A stretch of DNA of 64,000 nucleotides from Tubiluchus corallicola. Its lineage: Eukaryota > Animalia > Priapulida. This document shows positions 28,301-40,300 of the stretch, piece after piece. Positions within the stretch are counted from its first letter, which is position 1. Each line of letters starts with the position of its first letter. Location: the NCBI GenBank assembly GCA_030141605.1, contig JAQGDQ010000562.1, positions 62,001-126,000 on the forward strand. The letters run 5' to 3'. The notes beneath the pieces were generated by a model, which saw only the letters and a program-made list of their open reading frames with translations, did no database searches and was not told the DNA's origin. The translations under genes and the position numbers were made by a program.

Positions 28301-31300
28301 ATTATGATCAGCCATTTAGTTTTCAATAATTACAGTTAGTTTATTCAGCTAACAGTGCTAGTCACCAAATCAATCATTTGCTGTCAGTAATGGCAGTGTG
28401 ACTCTAGGAAGTTAACAAACATGACATAGTAAAAATTTATGTTACAAAACTTATAACACAACAAAACTTATGATGATCTACTTTAGCTAGTTGACTGCCA
28501 AACTATTCATATTCTAACTAAGCACATGAGCAATATTGTAAAAAAAAGATGCTGACAATATTGCTACTGCTGACTGCTACCAAATAACATTGTCGGGGTG
28601 GAAAATTCTCATCACAAATGATACTCATCACAAGTGGTTAACATCAGTATCTTGTGTCATCTTAATAAAATACCCAGTTAATTATTACTCCCAGCACTTG
28701 AACTGCTGCACTTATTCAATGTCGCTCAGTTAAGAGTTATGTAAGACTGTGCAGTCTTATTATGCAACCATAAGCCTACAAAGTTGAACATTCACAGCAA
28801 AAATTGTCAAGTGTTGGGACCAAATACCCCTTAAAGAAGTGAGAAACTGTATCAATTTTTGGAAGAAACGCCATTTGCTTAGTTTGCAGTTGAAAATGGT
28901 GGACACATTACAGCACTTTCTGTAAGTTGTAGCTGATTTGTTTATTCAAAACTTTTGTATCTTCGGACGTGTTAACATCAATGTAGAAAATTTCAAGCGA
29001 CTTGGTGTTTTTTATGCTATGGCACATATCTAAATACTCAGTACAAACGCTAAATCTTGTACAACACAACAAGAGCAACCTGTCGCTTACCAGGTAGCTT
29101 ATTTATGTCAAGGCTTAGCTGTCGTTTTTCATCGTAAGTCATTGCTTGTGCCTTGTGCTCATCATCACTATCAGCTTCTGTTGGTAATGGTGCTACAGCA
29201 GCTATTGTGGCAGCTACACCTGGTGTGGATTTAGATGACTTAGGTCCACTTCTAGAATAAATACATTATCATCACAATCAATGAATAAATACGAAGTGTA
29301 TAAAATTACCTCAAGTTTATGTAACTAAATACAATAATATCTCGGTTTGCCGGACAAAGGCGGGAAGACGCCGGTCCAAATTTGCCGATTGTCCGTATTT
29401 ATAGATACTAAGCTAATATGGTAGGTGCCGTGTATTAGACTCGCGGTAATGTAGAATCAATCGTCTAATTGTCTCAAAAACGTCTAATGCAAAAGTATAA
29501 AAACTGTTGGCAAATGACTCAAATAGTTCCATATAAATGACTCTAAGTCACTTACACACACCAATTAAACATGGTGATATACAAGTTACACACGTGTCGT
29601 TACATGCTGCTTGAATGCAAACAAAGTAACGACCCGCCAACTAGCGGTCAGCTCGCGAAATAACAAGACTGTCCGTAGTATGCAGGACTTTTTAACGGTT
29701 GAGGTTTTGTCCGAATTTTCCGATATCCGTAAAAGCAAGGTCCGGCAAACCGAGATGTGAGTGTATAGTTAGGTTAAATAAGTGTTGAACTTTAAGATAC
29801 ATACAAACAGTTCTTGCTGTAATAAGTATTTAATATATACAAAAAAGGTATGTATATAAAAAAAGGTAAATACATCACCAACATCACTTACCGTATATAC
29901 TTATGTACAAGTCGAATTTTTGGAGGCGATTTTAAGGTGAAATTTTTGGGGTCGATTTATACTTACGATATGTTTTTGGGAGAGGACGCTAAAGGGTTGT
30001 CTACAATACCAATACGTAAATAATCCTTCATTATACGCTGGACTCAGTGAACACTCATACTGTGATACTTCACATCAGAGAATGTTTGCATCTTGACTGT
30101 ACTTCACAAAATTAACAAATATTACTGTAATTTATTTTAATGTATGTGAAATTAAGCAAAAATTTATATATTATCGGTAAATAACCTATCGATGGAGCAC
30201 TCGATTAGAACATGGAAATCGCCAATGTTGTGCAGGTGCTGCACCCTGTCGGCTTATGCGGGAAGTTTTACACTACCTTGTATATGCGTGATTATTGGCA
30301 AAATATCGATTACCAGCATACACGCGTATATAAAATGATGTATTACGTGGCCATTGTTGACATCATTTACTCTGGAAGATCTTAATATTTTATGGTCGAC
30401 TTGTGCGCTGGTAATGTATAAAATGATGCAATTTTTGGACTTAAAATGTACAGCGACTTTTACATAAGGCCAACTTGTACACACGTATATACGGTACTTC
30501 ACTTAAGACAACAACTGCAATATAAAAAAACAAAATTAAAAACAAAAACAGCACATACTTGCGCCCACCACTGGCACGACGTTTCCTTGCTTCCTGTGAC
30601 TTTGGCACAGGTGTAGTAACTGGTCCCACAGTGGCAGGTGTTGTAGTAACAGTTTTCTTTCCCCTCCCGATAGATTTAACTGGTACCGTTGAAGCTACAT
30701 CAACTTTAGACACAGGTACACCAGTCGTCGGTGCCAGTGCACTCGTCTTATCTGCACCTGTTTTACGTCCACGACCAACAGCTCTTGGTGGCTGCACTGT
30801 CTTGGGTACAGCACCTGTTTTCACTGGTGTGGGCGCGGGTTTAGCACGTGGAGGAACAGGTTCAGGAACCTGCAAATAAAAACATTCTCTGAGGAAGCTA
30901 AACCAGGAATTACTGTCATAATGCCAATAACATCAATGCTTTTAATTCACGATTTAAAAAATACTTATTAGAAACACGGTAACCTGTAAACTAGTATAAA
31001 CACGTTTTTCTCTTCATCTCTTACTGCAGCTGTTTTATGAAAGTGTACTGATTCTGTTTATCATTGTTTATATTGTGTATAATTTGTATATTTTGTTTTA
31101 CCAATTCTGTATAAATTGTGACATTTAAATTGTTTTAAACTGTGTAATTGTGTAATTTCTAAATCAGATTACATGTCACGGTATTTTTATTTTTCCCAGT
31201 GTACAATATTCTTGTAATGTTTTTGTCTTTATTTTCTTTTGTGGACCACTTCGGAAATAACTAATAGTTTTGTAATTGTTGGTTAAAGTGTCATCCATGT

Positions 31301-34300
31301 TAAATAAACACTTAATAATAATAGTAATATATTAAAATTCTGCAAATGTACCAGTGCTACCATAATCTTTAAACAGACCTAAAATTATTAATAAAAAGCT
31401 CTGTTTAAAGTATACATGCTTTTATGAACATTCTCGGCATTTGGCTTACATTCAGCCTACTAAGGTAAAAATAATATTAAATATGAAAGCACACAGGGCA
31501 ACTATCAACTGGTAAATGAAACTGTAATCTAGCAGACCACAGCAAAATGTCAGCTTATAAATGAAATGGTACAAATAATTACAATACATTTCAAAACGCA
31601 AGAACACTAAGAATTTTTACCCCAGCAACGGCAGCATTATTCTACACATTTATTATTATAAAAAGATTGTATCAGTATTTTACAGGAAGAAAAACCCTGC
31701 GGTACCACACTGTCAGAATAACAAACTGAAAACCTTTGCCACACTTACGGGTTCAACTTTGATTGGTTTCTCATCCTCTTCTTTCTTCTCTCTGTGTTTA
31801 TGTCGCTTCTTCTTCTTTCCCCTCTTTAACGACTTTGATGCAGAAAGGACTGCTAGCTGCTCGTGTACGGCTTTTAGCTACAGCAAGAGTAAAATTAACA
31901 ATGAATTACCAATAGACGTTGGTTTATAATGAATTTACAATACAAAAGCAATCAGAGAAAACTAAACACCTGTGCCTGCAGTTCTTGCAACCGTCGTTCA
32001 CGTTCTGCCTCTGACTCCTCATCATCGCTTGCATCCGAAGAAGAAGATGATGCAAGGGAAGCATCCGATTCGGCTTTTACGTGGTCAGGTTCATCATTTT
32101 CAACTACTGGTTCATCGGGCATTTTTGCATATTTCATTTCGAAAACATCCTACAGTCAAAAGAAATGTGTGAACTTTCTAAACTGGATAATAAATATGCT
32201 TTTCAATGTTCAAGAAATCTCCATAAGCCAATAACAATTGGCAGCTTTTGTCGTGCTTCAGTATTTTATTTACAATGGGCAGCAGGTCGGTGGTTATTGA
32301 TGCATGAGTTACCAGTCTATTTGCATCGTGTGTTTACAGTGTGGTACACTCTAACAAATTTCATACAGCATCCTAACATACAAAAACTTTTGTGATATGA
32401 TTTCAGTTTCTAGTAACTACTCTCATAGCAGTGCTATACATGCACAGTAATACTGATCTCAACAACACTGTCCGTGATCATTTTTTCTATACTAAAAACT
32501 CTTTGAATGACATCATTTTGCATAACTGGTAGGACGAAATGAAATGTATAGAGCATTGCAGATCACAAGCCAATAAATGAACCTGCTAACAACAATTATA
32601 CCGTCTAGCCCTGAAATAAATGAAAATAAAAATGATTGGGTTTGATGGCGAACACACCCTGCACTAATGAAGAAAATATGGCAGATGAAATCATCCTCAA
32701 GCATTTTATATGACAGTTCATTTGCTAACGAGGTTCACATACGCCTAAGTATGCCATATGCCGCAAGCCACTCATTTACCGTCATACGCTCGGTACTGCT
32801 GTAGTTGGTAAGCACGTGACAAAACCAATCAGGCAGCTTCCTCTTTCAAACTACCCATTTTATAAGCAAACACAAGCAATTAAAGTTACCAAAAACAATT
32901 TTTTTGATAACTTTGTTCAAGAAAGAGACATTTGTAATCAGTAATTCTCCAGGGTTTTTTAAGCAGTGGCACACTTGCTTTAAGAATATTTGCTAAGACA
33001 CTTTATCTAATATATTATTACTTTCAGTTCTAGAAATCAGAAAAGATATTTGGTGTTGTCTAAAGACAAAAAATACGTCAAAGGGCAAAAGATATGAGAA
33101 AAATGTTCTTAGTATGTGCTCTATGTTGGAAAGGTCACCGAATCTACAGTTTTTAGATAGCATGTTGAGAAAATTATCAACATACCTCAGTTTCAGTAGC
33201 TCGCCCGAAATGTTTTAGAGATGAAATAGAGTTTACACTCAGATTACTTATACAGGTAGTCATTGACTCACAACCAATCCGCAATCCACTGTTCCACTTT
33301 ATGACCCGACCAAAACTTAATTATTTAATTATACAAAACCAACTATAACACATATTTCCCTCTATTTTTTTAAACAATTAACTTTAAATCGTTATCTGTT
33401 TCGATCAATTCATCGCCGCCATATTTAGTGCGAGTACACACACAACTTCTTGCGCGTAATGGCACATCGCTTTAATATAATGGACAGACTAGCGAGCAAT
33501 TCCTCTTATGACCAATCATGCCGGAATGTACTGTGGTCGTAAGTCAATGACTACCTGCACTCAGAACCAAAAATCCTGAAGCATTTTAACTTTCAACAAA
33601 AAACACAGCATCTTCACAACTGGTTAAAATGCATCCACTCTTATCTTCCTAACAGCAGAAATCACAAACACTGCCACGACAGAAGCAAACAGTGAACGCA
33701 CAATGTACATGAAATGAACTCACCTGTAATTTCCTAGCCATACCAACGACATCGTGATCAGGTGGATTGTACTTGTAGCAATTAGTGAAGATTATCCGTA
33801 CGTGGGCGGCAAATTCTTCTGGTGAATGATATTCACGATTTTCCATCTTTTGCTATAAAATCAGTCATTTAATATTTCATATGCAAGAAAAATAATAGTG
33901 AGTAATAAAAAGGAAAAAAATCTTTCAAGTCAGTAATACACACAAAGACAGCCTATTTCCAAATCACACAGTACCAGTTTTGTAAAGACAATACACTGCA
34001 GATTTATTTACTTAACAAAGCCAAAGCTGTGAAATCAATGTAAATAAGAAATGTTCCAAATAACAGATGTATAAAACTGCAATCAAAACCTACAAATAAT
34101 AAACAAACTGTATACACTTATTAAAGGCCTAAATAACCCCAACAGACATTGAAGATCTTTAAGCATTATTATGATTACGCAAAGGATTCATAGTTATTAT
34201 TAAACAAAAAGAGACTTGTAAATTAAATAACTTACGTGTTTTCTGGTAAATTTCGAATGCGTGCATTGCCGTAAAAATCACCATGTTCGCGTCTTTGATG

Positions 34301-37300
34301 CGAGTGAGCGAGAATGACGTATGAGGCAGACAAAGCGTCTTTGGTCACCGATGTTTATTTATTGATCTTCGGTGATCTCGTGACTACACTCATAATGTCA
34401 CTCGTCCCGCGAAACAAAAAATTTGGCGGTTCTTCAAATTTAATACCACTAACGATGAAGTGATAAGAAATAAGTTTATAATACACTATGCATAATGAGA
34501 GTACGATTTTAAGTTGCAAAAGCTTATATTTTAGTGAGGGTTTAGTTTAACTTTAATGCAGCCCAACAGAGCAATAAACTTTGAAAATTCTTTGCCATAT
34601 ACTTGCATTTTGACCAGACCACAAGAAGCAAACAAAAAGACTTGTTAGAGAAAAATGGAATTAATGAAAGTGAGTTACCTTAATTGTACCGAGATCCATG
34701 GGCTGTTTGATGATGTCATGGTAGTCATGCAGTCCTAGTGACTCGGCATCAACTGGCTTATAAAATGGCCAAGCGTAAGTCTGAAATCAGGCAAGAACAT
34801 GATATAAATACTACAGGTGAAAATTGTGTAACACTGATAGTAGCCATACCAATATGCACAAACATGTGTATAATATCTACGCAATGTAAAAATAATATAT
34901 ATGAGAAAGGAAAGTGAATTGGTTTCTGAGTTCTGCAAACATAAGAAACAACTGGGTCAACAATAGTGAAGAACCTACAAGTTGTAGAACACAACAATAT
35001 ACTCACAGCACAAAAAACAACTGAGTCAACAATAGTGAAGAATCTACAAGTTACAGAACACAACAATATATTCACAGCACAAGAAACAACTGAATCAACA
35101 ATAGTGAAGAACCTACAGGTTACCGAACAAAGCAATATATTCACAGCACAAGAAACAACTGAATCAACAATAGTGAAGAACCTACAAGTTACAGAACACA
35201 ACAATATATTCACAGCACAAGAAACAACTGAATCAACAACAGTGAAGAACCTACAAGTTACAGAACACAACAATATATTCACAGCACAAGAAACAACTGA
35301 GTCAACAATAGTGAAGAATCTACAAGTTACCGAACAAAGCAATATATTCACAACACAAGAAACAACTGAGTCAACAATAGTGAAGAACCTACAAGTTACA
35401 GAACACAACAATATATTCACAGCACAAGAAACAACTGAATCAACAATGGTGAAGAACCTACAAGTTACAGAACACAACAATATATTCACAGCACAAGAAA
35501 CAACTGAATCAACAATAGTGAAGAACCTACAGGTTACCGAACAAAGCAATATATTCACAGCACAAGAAACAACTGAATCAACAATAGTGAAGAACCTACA
35601 AGTTACAGAACACAACAATATATTCACAGCACAAGAAACAACTGAATCAACAACAGTGAAGAACCTACAAGTTACAGAACACAACAATATATTCACAGCA
35701 CAAGAAACAACTGAATCAACAATAGTGAAGAACCTACAAGTTACAGAACACAACAATATATTCACAGCACAAGAAACAACTGAATCAACAATAGTGAAGA
35801 ACCTACAAGTTACAGAACACAACAATATATTCACAGCACAAGAAACAACTGAATCAACAATAGTGAAGAACCTACAAGTTACAGAACACAACAATATATT
35901 CACAGCACAAGAAACAACTGAATCAACAATAGTGAAGAACCTACAAGTTACAGAACACAACAATATATTCACAGCACAAGAAACAACTGAATCAACAATA
36001 GTGAAGAACCTACAGGTTACCGAACAAAGCAATATATTCACAGCACAAGAGACAACTGGATCAACAATAGTGAAGAACCTACAGATTACCGAACAAAGCA
36101 ATATACTCACAGCATGCTTTTTTGCAAACAGTTCTTTTAAAACGTTATTGCAAAACTTTAACTGTTCAGTCAATTTCTTGCTTTTACTTTTGTCGACAGC
36201 CAGTGGTTGCTGAAAAACAAGACAAAGATTATTGCAAAGGTTGTAGACACACAATCAAGGATATATAACATAACTTAAATAATATAAAACATTTCTACGT
36301 GGAAATTTTGACTTGTAAGCTAAGAGAATGTAGCCAAGGCATGAAACAGCTAGGTCCACTTTAATTAAAACAAAGCTGCGATTAACTTGACAATGTTCAT
36401 CTCACCTTAGTTTAATTAGATGAACTGCAAGGAAGCAAAACATCTTGCCCAACTAAGGTAGCTGACAAAGGATGAGGAAAAAACTACCAACACTGATGAC
36501 GAACAAACCTGAGATTCAGCGACTTGTATCTGAGAATCCGGCAAATCTTTAGGCGGTCGTTTGATTTCTCTGCCGCTACCCCGTCTGGTAGCCATTTTAG
36601 GAGCCGCAGGTGAAGAAAGTGATGGAGCGTATGGTGGATCAAACGGGTCGCTAGCTGTAATCGTTGAAGGTGTTGTTGTGTCAGCTTTCCTCTTTACCCC
36701 TTTTTTCGGCTGTAAAATGCAAAGGCAACCAAAACGATAAAACCACCCTTATTTCTAGCTAACAAAAGTGCTGCTTACCTGTTTTATATTCGAGTAGAAC
36801 TCAAACAATTTTTGTCAATATAAGCAATTTAAAGAAAGTAAAATATGGTAACATATGAATAGTGAATATATATATATATACATGTATAATATGTCTAAAA
36901 CTCACACACATGTAAAGTGAATGATAACTTAGGTTTTTAGATACCATTCATTCGTGTCATTGCAGATGCACAAATATACAGAGGAAGCTTCCGTACAAGG
37001 CTCTTTTGTATGGACTAGTGATAAAAGAAAGTGTAAAAGTGACGTACTTAACATAAGCTGTGAATTGACATGCAATATAATGAATCTTTGCACTAAATAT
37101 TACTGGACATTTATCATCTCATATTTTGACATGGAGATGGCACTATCTGAGAAACATACTATCAAACTTACAGACTGGCCTTCTCTTGCCATATTATTAT
37201 AACAGAGTATAATAATATTACAGAGAATAATATAATTATATTATACAGAGTGTAATTAGTAATTTAAAATCCTAAAAAATGGCAAAAGTTTGCACGACAC

Positions 37301-40300
37301 AACACTTTAACTGTAGGAAACCTTCTTTTGAACAGTATTTCAATTTTTTCTTGCATTGAAGTCAAACACATTTGTGTAAGTAAGTAAAAACTGTTCACCA
37401 TTTGCAGTCACAGTTGCAGTGCTGGGAGAGACAGACAAATAGTCAAAAGCATGAAGAAGATCAACAAATTTTGATCACTGAAAAACGTTTTGATGCAGTA
37501 AAAATTATTATCACCAGCACTGCAAACTTTCCTGAGCAGCTGCTAGCAATGTAGAAATTTATCAATTGCTACGACGAATGCTGTCAATTTACTATGCATG
37601 AGTAAAAGCAATTTTTAATCAGAAGTAACCTACCTTGTAATGCATAAAAATGAGAAACATCTTTCTGCCGTGAAACTTTACATTTTAATGCAGCGATCAA
37701 TTAATGAAAATTTTGATGTTCTTTGTCAATGCAAGAAGTTAAGAATAGACATTATCATGAGGAAGGCTTCATGATGTTGCAAACAAACAACAAAACCAGT
37801 ATGGATCACAATCCTACAAGTAAGACTTCGTGTGCATGTAATACGTGATGCGTATGGTATTACCAAAGCTCACTTTCTGTCAATTTTGGATGCTATTTGT
37901 GAAAACTGGAATTGATAACTCTTGGAAGTCATGATTCTGTTTAAATTTCAGTGGGATGGTGATAGAGACATAATTATAGCAGTGGCATTAGGTCAACATT
38001 TTCCTATTAGATGGAAAAATTCAAAAGTACAGGTTTTGGTGCATAACATTTTGGAGGGGGAAGAGAACTATACACAATGTATCACCACTTAATAAAAAAA
38101 CTGCAACTAGATGCAGAACAACATAATTGTTCCACCTCTCAAATGGAGGAAAGATTACTGTGCAGGTCTTCAAATGACCAAAACTCATCTGACTAAGAAG
38201 ACAATCAGGGAAAATGGTCACCATAAAGCGCATTTGAAAGTTAGCGATCACATTCAAATGAATACGGATCACGCATCATGGATTACCCATTATTACTCAT
38301 ACATGGAGTGCTACCTTTAGCCTGATCACTTATAACTTCAATTTACAATCCTTTATCAATCAATTCAACATAAGTCTTTGCACATCTGATAAATAATCAT
38401 TCAATTTTTGTAAAGTCTGTATCTTCACCCACCTTAGGAAGTGATGACGGAAGAGCTGATGGTTTTTGCTCTACAGTAGCTGCAGGAGCTGGAGGCGAGA
38501 CTAGAGATGACGTTTTAGAAGCTGCAGACTTTGCAATTCCTTGAGCTTTAGGTGAAATACTAGATGCGACTGAAGTCACCACTGTTGGCAGAGACGGTGT
38601 TGTTGTTTTAGGTGGAGCAGCAGGTTCTTGTGGTTCAGATTTACTAGCAGGAGCCGTAGATTTGACAGTAGATGCCGATGGAACCTGTATCAAAGTTTCA
38701 GACATGTCAAGACTAGAGTTTATACGTTCATTACCATCCAGTTACTGCTAAGTTATGATCAGTAACGTTTAAACTTTATTTACTGAGCATATATCTAGCT
38801 ATGGAAATTGCTACCTTATTGTTTATATTACTGTTAGAAATTATGCCTGAAATAATTTGTGAACACAACCTTACATAACAAATAAATCTTGGTAAATAAA
38901 TCAAACAGTATGTCTGAACCGAGTGGAATAATATATAAAAATATCCCATATATACATGTAATATTTAATATAATATATGCAACAGTGCAAGTACTTCTAA
39001 CAACTATCCCTCAAAATGAGCTACTTCTTATTGAAACTTCAAAAGTGCTGGATTTAAATTAAGCAGCAACACAACTACTTACACTTTTAAGAGGCTCAGC
39101 AAGAGGAATTAGCGTTGTCGTACTAGATACATTCGTAGTTTCTCGTAAACCACTTGGCATAAGAGGCGGTCGACCCTTTCCCTTCCCTCGTCCTTTTCCT
39201 GCTCCTCCTTTAGGTTGATCTGGCAACTCAATTTCGTTAGGTGGCATGGAACCAATTTTAGTTAGGAAAAGTTTCTCCAGTGCTTGGCCCATCAAAACAA
39301 CATCCTAAAATTTTGCGACATACATCTAATGCATGCCAGTACATGGCAATGTAACTAGGGATGTTACCAAAACTGAAATTGCAAACTGAAACCGAAATTT
39401 ACGAAACATAGGAAACCGATACCGAAATCATTTTTGCAAGATGAACTACTACCAAAACTGAAAAAAATCTGCAATAAAAAATACTCAGTTTTTGCACGTT
39501 TGCTTTTGTTTGCTCTGATACAAGTTTGATGAAATATCTAGGCAAAAAATCTTAACCAAAAACGTAGAACAGTGTTTATGCTTAAACATGTTTATGCTAA
39601 AGATCATGATGCTTAAAAAAATTGGCAATTTGTTTTTTGTAAATATTTTGTTGCCTATATTTCATTAATTATTGTTTAAACTTGGTTTCATTCAAATTAC
39701 ACTCTAATATTTCGGTTGATTGTGTCTGGAGACCTGAAAGCTTCACAGTCGTCAGCAAAGAAGATATGCTGCATTGCCGTAAAAAGCATGCTACAAATGG
39801 TGCAGAAAGTTAAATAAACGATATTTACGCTTTATTTGAACTATTTTAGCCCAAATTTTTCAGCGATTTTTTAACAACTAGGAGGAAAAATAGGTAAGCT
39901 GGATAAATACTACAAAAATCTTGGAATCTAGCGAAAATTACGGAAAGTTTCGGCTACGAATATTAATAAATTCCGATGAAAATGAAACTGAACCGAAAGC
40001 TCAATTATCAGCAAACAAACGAACAAACAAACATTTTGGTAACATCCTTGAATGTAACCATTACTAGAGCATGTGTGATGTATGTTGATTGGCTGGACCA
40101 CAAAATTCCAAATATAACGAATAAATAGTAAATAATGTTAGGCACATTTTACTGTATGATAACCCTGCAGGACTACGGACGAGAAACCATTGCTTCCAGT
40201 TTTATTTCGTCATTACTGTCTTTGGGGATGGAATTTGTCAGCATTTATATAGACTTCCTGACTTTGCGTTAAGTAGCGTTCCGTAAGCATGCGCTGCTTT

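Noticed and set aside
31000-31325. TG/T-rich stretch ending in a hairpin and AATAAA, like a LINE 3' tail
   Set aside because: No coding remnant or TSD was found.
30559-32395. Several plus-strand ORFs of about 65-105 aa
   Set aside because: They are antisense shadows of BET exons 10 and 12.
34121-34556. Possible TTAA-flanked Kolobok-like element
   Set aside because: The terminal inverted match is weak beyond TTAAAG and there is no second copy in the window.
34966-36213. 415-aa plus-strand ORF with 23-aa repeats
   Set aside because: It is the antisense reading of the 69-bp intronic array and BET exon 7, has a GTG start, and has no independent support as a gene.
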